This document shows positions 1 through 2,837 of a stretch of 2,837 nt of DNA, piece by piece; positions within the stretch are counted from its first letter, which is position 1; each line of letters begins with the position of its first letter. Made by a program: the position numbers and the translations under genes. The stretch is taken from IMG/VR virus record IMGVR_UViG_2541047795_000005; one strand, written 5' to 3'. The stretch is from a virus. Its lineage: Duplodnaviria; Heunggongvirae; Uroviricota; Caudoviricetes. The notes beneath the pieces are model-generated. The model did no database searches. It saw only the letters and a list, made by a program, of their open reading frames with translations, and was not told the origin of the DNA.

Positions 1-186
1 TCTGCAAGCGCGGCGGCTGCTTCTGCCACTGCATCAGCTAACAGTCAAAAAGCAGCAAAAACCAGTGAAACCAACGCAAAGGTGAGCGAAACAGCGGCTG
101 CGAACTCAGCGAAAGCATCGGCAGCAAGCCAGACGGCAGCTAAAGCAAGCGAAGATGCAGCCAGAGAGTACGCAAGCCAGGCTGCG
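1..186 (+). repeat. Ala/Ser-rich low-complexity coding repeats (fibre shaft region) inside the tail-fibre CDS
   Basis: Translation SASAAAASATASANSQKAAKTSETNAKVSETAAANSAKASAASQTAAKASEDAAREYASQAA shows reiterated A-A-K/S-A-S units built from GCN/AGC/AAA codons. GC is locally high (hand count about 53-58% on 60-nt blocks). The approximate end of the repeat is judged by eye. Confidence 0.55.
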
Positions 187-1506
187 GAGCCGTATAAATA
201 TGTCTTACAGCCGCTGCCTGATGTGTGGATACCATTTAACGATTCGCTGGATATGATTACGGGCTTTTCGCCATCATATAAAAAAATTGTTATTGGTGAC
301 GATGAAATAACGATGCCTGGCGACAAGATTGTTAAGTTTAAACGTGCATCGAAAGCAACCTATATTAACAAATCTGGTGTGCTGACAGAGGCTGCCATTG
401 ACGAGCCACGATTTGAACGTGATGGCCTGCTTATTGAGGGGCAAAGAACTAATCTTCTGCTTAATTCAACAAATCCATCTAAATGGAATAAGTCAGGCAA
501 TCTGGAACTCACAGAAATATCCACGGATTCTTTTAATTTTACTTATGGGAGATTTACTGTAAAAGATACTCTTATTGGTCAGACAAGTGCTATTAATATC
601 GTAACGGTTTCTGGCAGTAAAGGGTTTGATGTCACAGGTGATGAAAAATATGTGACCATTTCATGCCGTGTAAGAAGTGATGTTGAAAATGTAAGGTGTC
701 GTTTAAGATTTGAACACCATGATGGTTATACTTACACTTTTTTGGGAGATGCTTACCTCAATTTATCAACACTTGTAATTGATAAAGCTGGTACTGCTGC
801 AGACCGTATTATTGCAAAGGCTGTAAAAGATGAGGTTACTGGTTGGATTTTCTATCAGGCTACAATTAATGCACTAGATACAGAGAGCATGATTGGTGCG
901 ATGGTTCAATACGCTCCTGTAAAAGGTTCAGGCACAGCATCTGGAGACTATCTGGATATCGCAACTCCACAAGTGGAAGGTGGATCAAGTGCTTCGTCAT
1001 TTATTGTAACTGATATAACTGCAAGCACTCGCGCAAGCGATATGGTGACAGTCCCAATCAAGAATAACCTTTATAATCTTCCTTTTACGGTTCTTTGTGA
1101 GGTACATAAGAACTGGTATAAAACGCCAAATGCAGCGCCACGTGTTTTTGATACCGGCGGTCATCAAACCGGAGCGGCTATTATTCTTGGCTTCGGTCGT
1201 TCAACAGATTACGACGGATTTCCTTATTGCGATATTGGAGGAGCTAACAGACGGGTAAACGAAAACGCATCGCTTGAAAAAATGGTTATGGGGATGCGTG
1301 TAAAGTCAGAGCAGTCTACGTGCTCAGTAAGTAACGGGCATATATCCAGCGAAACAAAAACCACATGGTCCTGTATTCAGAACACCGCAATTATCCGTAT
1401 TGGAGGCCAGACTACAGCCGGGTTACGTCATTTATTTGGTCATGTCAGGAATTTCAGAATATGGCACAAGGCATTGACTGATGCTCAGGTGGGGGAGTCA
1501 ATCTAA
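1..1506 (+). CDS. Phage tail-fibre / receptor-binding protein, 5'-partial (gene starts upstream of the window), with a C-terminal LamG/concanavalin A-like lectin-type signature
   Basis: Frame 1 is open from nt 1 with no stop until TAA at 1504-1506, so the GTG at 82 given by the ORF track is internal, not the true start. The translation begins SASAAAASATASANSQKAAK..., Ala/Ser-rich low-complexity repeats typical of fibre shafts. The C-terminus ...GLRHLFGHVRNFRIWHKALTDAQVGESI (nt 1420-1503) resembles the terminal strand motif of LamG-type jelly-roll domains. The segment ...GVLTEAAIDEPRFERDGLLIEGQRTNLL... resembles phage structural proteins. The gene is followed by a translationally coupled downstream gene. 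Confidence 0.8.
   Translation, partial: SASAAAASATASANSQKAAKTSETNAKVSETAAANSAKASAASQTAAKASEDAAREYASQAAEPYKYVLQPLPDVWIPFNDSLDMITGFSPSYKKIVIGDDEITMPGDKIVKFKRASKATYINKSGVLTEAAIDEPRFERDGLLIEGQRTNLLLNSTNPSKWNKSGNLELTEISTDSFNFTYGRFTVKDTLIGQTSAINIVTVSGSKGFDVTGDEKYVTISCRVRSDVENVRCRLRFEHHDGYTYTFLGDAYLNLSTLVIDKAGTAADRIIAKAVKDEVTGWIFYQATINALDTESMIGAMVQYAPVKGSGTASGDYLDIATPQVEGGSSASSFIVTDITASTRASDMVTVPIKNNLYNLPFTVLCEVHKNWYKTPNAAPRVFDTGGHQTGAAIILGFGRSTDYDGFPYCDIGGANRRVNENASLEKMVMGMRVKSEQSTCSVSNGHISSETKTTWSCIQNTAIIRIGGQTTAGLRHLFGHVRNFRIWHKALTDAQVGESI
1491..1497 (+). promoter_or_regulatory. Shine-Dalgarno-like ribosome-binding site for the CDS starting at 1506
   Basis: GGGGGAG lies 8 nt upstream of ATG 1506-1508, and the ATG overlaps the upstream TAA stop (TAATG), which suggests translational coupling. 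Confidence 0.55.
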
Positions 1507-1787
1507 TGAAAGATTTAACACTCAAATTTGAAGACAGGGCCGACTTTTCGGCCTTTATGGAGAGTATTGGCTATTATGATGACGAGTCGATGCAGGATGA
1601 TATTCTTATCGACGTGATAGGTAACGTGTACAAAGAAACCGGAGAACTGACTGAAGATGGCGAACCGGTATGTGTTAAGGAAGACGGATATTTTGTAAAC
1701 GTGCGCATCATTAATGATTCGCAAATATCGTCATTATTCGATGAATACGTGGTTGCTGTTGAGCATCAACTTCGTGGCTGGATGTGA
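1506..1787 (+). CDS. Small strongly acidic hypothetical protein (93 aa), function unknown
   Basis: ATG at 1506 overlaps the stop of the upstream fibre gene, with an SD-like GGGGGAG upstream, and the ORF ends at TGA 1785-1787. By hand count it has 22 Asp/Glu against 7 Lys/Arg in 93 residues. I recognise no domain. It sits between two fibre-like genes on the same strand. Confidence 0.6.
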   Translation: MKDLTLKFEDRADFSAFMESIGYYDDESMQDDILIDVIGNVYKETGELTEDGEPVCVKEDGYFVNVRIINDSQISSLFDEYVVAVEHQLRGWM

Positions 1788-1790
1788 GGA
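1786..1790 (+). promoter_or_regulatory. Shine-Dalgarno site for the CDS starting at 1797
   Basis: GAGGA (within tGAGGAAGaaaaATG) with a 6-nt spacer to ATG 1797; it overlaps the TGA stop of the upstream gene. Confidence 0.6.
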
Positions 1791-1796
1791 AGAAAA

Positions 1797-2330
1797 ATGG
1801 CTACATCGACAGTAATTCCTGATGACATCAAAACGCTAAAATCCGACGTTAGCAAATTAAAAAACGATCAAGGAAGCTACGCAACAAAATCTTATGTAGA
1901 CAATAAAGAAGAAATCGTTGGTGATTGGTATGTATCCTGTTATCAGAAGATATTGCCAACTACTGGAGCTATATTTAGGGGTAAGCTGCGCTCGACTAAC
2001 AAGACGGCTGGAATTGAAAACGCTTATAGTGAAATATACACCAGAAAAAGTATTGACAGTCCTGAAAACGCAATGGCGCGCCTTATCATAAATAATAACG
2101 GGAAAAGCATTTTCTGGGACTTTAGCGATCTTTATGGCGGAACGATGATTTTTCCCGGTGGCAGTGGTTACCTCAAAATGGGTAACTGTCTCATGTCATA
2201 TGGTAAGCGGGGAAGTAACGCGCTTATTAAATTTGATTATACCGACTCATTACAGATCAAATATGCCAATCATGGGTCGACCATGACATTAAACACGCAA
2301 GGAACCGCGTATGCTGGTGTGTCTGCGTAA
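1797..2330 (+). CDS. Tail-fibre-like protein (177 aa); probably the N-terminal body of a fibre gene whose C-terminal chaperone domain is now the separate ORF 2391-2837 (possible pseudogene fragment)
   Basis: Good SD and ATG start. The N-terminal segment DIKTLKSDVSKLKNDQGSYATKSYVDNK looks like a short coiled-coil or fibre motif. The ORF is AT-rich (about 33-37% GC on hand-counted blocks). It ends at TAA 2328-2330, and the same frame reopens immediately and runs into the S74 domain. From memory only, the pair loosely resembles short fibre-remnant ORFs annotated in cryptic E. coli prophages, but I cannot verify that and assign no symbol. Confidence 0.6.
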   Translation: MATSTVIPDDIKTLKSDVSKLKNDQGSYATKSYVDNKEEIVGDWYVSCYQKILPTTGAIFRGKLRSTNKTAGIENAYSEIYTRKSIDSPENAMARLIINNNGKSIFWDFSDLYGGTMIFPGGSGYLKMGNCLMSYGKRGSNALIKFDYTDSLQIKYANHGSTMTLNTQGTAYAGVSA

Positions 2331-2378
2331 TTATGGGGAAATTCCAGCCGTCCTGTTGTTTATGAAGTCGGTGTTGAT

Positions 2379-2383
2379 GGTGG
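2379..2383 (+). promoter_or_regulatory. Weak candidate Shine-Dalgarno (GGTGG) for ATG 2391
   Basis: GGTGG lies 7 nt upstream of ATG 2391. The same bases are in-frame codons (GVDGG) of the open spacer, so this may be coding sequence rather than a dedicated RBS. Confidence 0.3.
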
Positions 2384-2390
2384 CGCTTAT

Positions 2391-2837
2391 ATGTTCTATG
2401 CGCAGAAAAATACCGATAACACCTATATGTTAAGCGTTAATGGTGCATGTCATGCCACCGCATTTAACCAGCATTCCGACCGGGATCTGAAAGACAACAT
2501 TCAGGTGATCGATAATGCAACCGACCGCATCCGTAAAATGAACGGCTATACATACACGCTTAAAGAAAACGGTATGCCCTATGCTGGTGTCATTGCACAG
2601 GAAGCTCTGGAAGCAATCCCAGAAGTTGTAGGTTCCGCAATGAAATATCAGGACGGTGCGAGCGGATCGGAAGGTGAAGAAGGTGAACGTTATTACACAG
2701 TAGATTATTCTGGTGTTACTGGCTTGCTTGTTCAGGTAGCCAGAGAGTCAGACGACAGAATAACAGCACTGGAAGAAGAAAACGCAGAATTAAGACAAAG
2801 ATTATCTGTAATTGAGGCGGCGCTTGCGTCTAAATAA
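2391..2837 (+). CDS. S74-type intramolecular chaperone (self-cleaving) domain protein, 148 aa; likely the detached C-terminal part of the upstream fibre gene
   Basis: The translation contains the hallmark layout of the C-terminal intramolecular chaperone domain of phage fibres and endosialidases. It has HS-DRDLKDNI with Ser and Lys five residues apart (the Ser-Lys dyad), then GYTYTLKENG, then AGVIAQEALEAIPEVV, then YYTVDYSGVTGLLVQVAR, then a terminal coiled coil ITALEEENAELRQRLSVIEAAL. It is in the same frame as ORF 1797-2330. The first in-frame start after the TAA is ATG 2391, and the stop is TAA 2835-2837. Confidence 0.7.
   Translation: MFYAQKNTDNTYMLSVNGACHATAFNQHSDRDLKDNIQVIDNATDRIRKMNGYTYTLKENGMPYAGVIAQEALEAIPEVVGSAMKYQDGASGSEGEEGERYYTVDYSGVTGLLVQVARESDDRITALEEENAELRQRLSVIEAALASK
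2478..2834 (+). other. Peptidase S74 / intramolecular chaperone domain with predicted autocleavage site between Ser (2475-2477) and Asp (2478-2480)
   Basis: Motif match by eye to the S-D-x-x-x-K catalytic arrangement and the conserved GxIAQE and coiled-coil blocks of this family. Domain boundaries are approximate. Confidence 0.6.

Noticed and set aside
280-286. A7 homopolymer inside the fibre CDS as a phase-variation slippage tract
   Set aside because: Seven A residues (codons AAA AAA) is below the length usually associated with efficient slipped-strand switching, and there is no sign of a frameshifted alternative ORF.
45-326. 93-aa ORF on the minus strand
   Set aside because: It lies entirely antisense to the Ala-rich repeat region of the fibre gene. 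Reverse complements of GCN-rich repeats are also open and Ala-rich (LALAAVWLAADAFAEFAAA), so this is a mirror artefact with no start context that I can support.
1515-1724. 69-aa ORF on the minus strand
   Set aside because: It is fully embedded antisense within the better-supported 93-aa + strand gene (which has an SD and translational coupling). It is short, with no recognisable motif or convincing ribosome-binding site.
2328-2333. Programmed stop-codon readthrough joining ORFs 3 and 4
   Set aside because: The stop is TAA followed by T (UAAU), the most efficient termination context in enterobacteria, and I see no downstream stimulatory structure. A nonsense mutation or true gene boundary is more plausible.
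2331-2390. Promoter in the 60-nt spacer upstream of ATG 2391
   Set aside because: No convincing -35/-10 pair with proper spacing was found by eye. The spacer reads as in-frame coding sequence of the interrupted fibre gene.
2310-2590. Exact 11-nt repeat TATGCTGGTGT at 2310-2320 and 2580-2590 (encoding YAGV both times), a possible duplication or recombination scar
   Set aside because: One exact 11-mer match is about what chance predicts in a 2.8-kb window, and the flanking bases diverge immediately.
1-2837. Invertible tail-fibre shufflon or diversity-generating retroelement target
   Set aside because: There are no oppositely oriented fibre C-terminal or tfa segments, no inverted crossover repeats, no recombinase or reverse transcriptase, and no template-like repeat of the fibre 3' end in the window. 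The fibre C-terminus looks LamG-like rather than C-type-lectin-like.
1-2837. tRNA, rRNA, CRISPR array, transposase or integrase
   Set aside because: There are no direct-repeat/spacer arrays, no cloverleaf-like or rRNA-like segments, and no ORF with recombinase or transposase character. Coding density on the + strand accounts for nearly the whole window.

Overview
This 2.8-kb window reads as part of a tailed-phage (most likely enterobacterial prophage) tail-fibre / host-specificity module. All four credible genes are on the + strand and tightly packed (a 1-nt TAATG overlap, then 9-nt and 60-nt spacers), so they look like one operon. In order: (1) the 3' ~1.5 kb of a large tail-fibre gene that is already open at position 1, with Ala/Ser-rich shaft repeats, an AT-rich central region and a C-terminal LamG/concanavalin-like signature; (2) a 93-aa strongly acidic protein of unknown function; (3) a 177-aa AT-rich fibre-like protein; (4) a 148-aa ORF that is essentially a complete S74-type self-cleaving intramolecular chaperone domain. 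ORFs 3 and 4 share a reading frame and are separated by a single TAA followed by an open 60-nt spacer. The most likely reading is one tail-fibre gene interrupted by a nonsense codon (prophage decay), or less likely an unusual split fibre/chaperone pair. I see no RNA genes, CRISPR array, integrase, transposase or invertase. I do not find a convincing novel multi-gene system; the interrupted fibre-chaperone gene is the most interesting item. All functional calls rest on motif recognition by eye and need a homology search to confirm.
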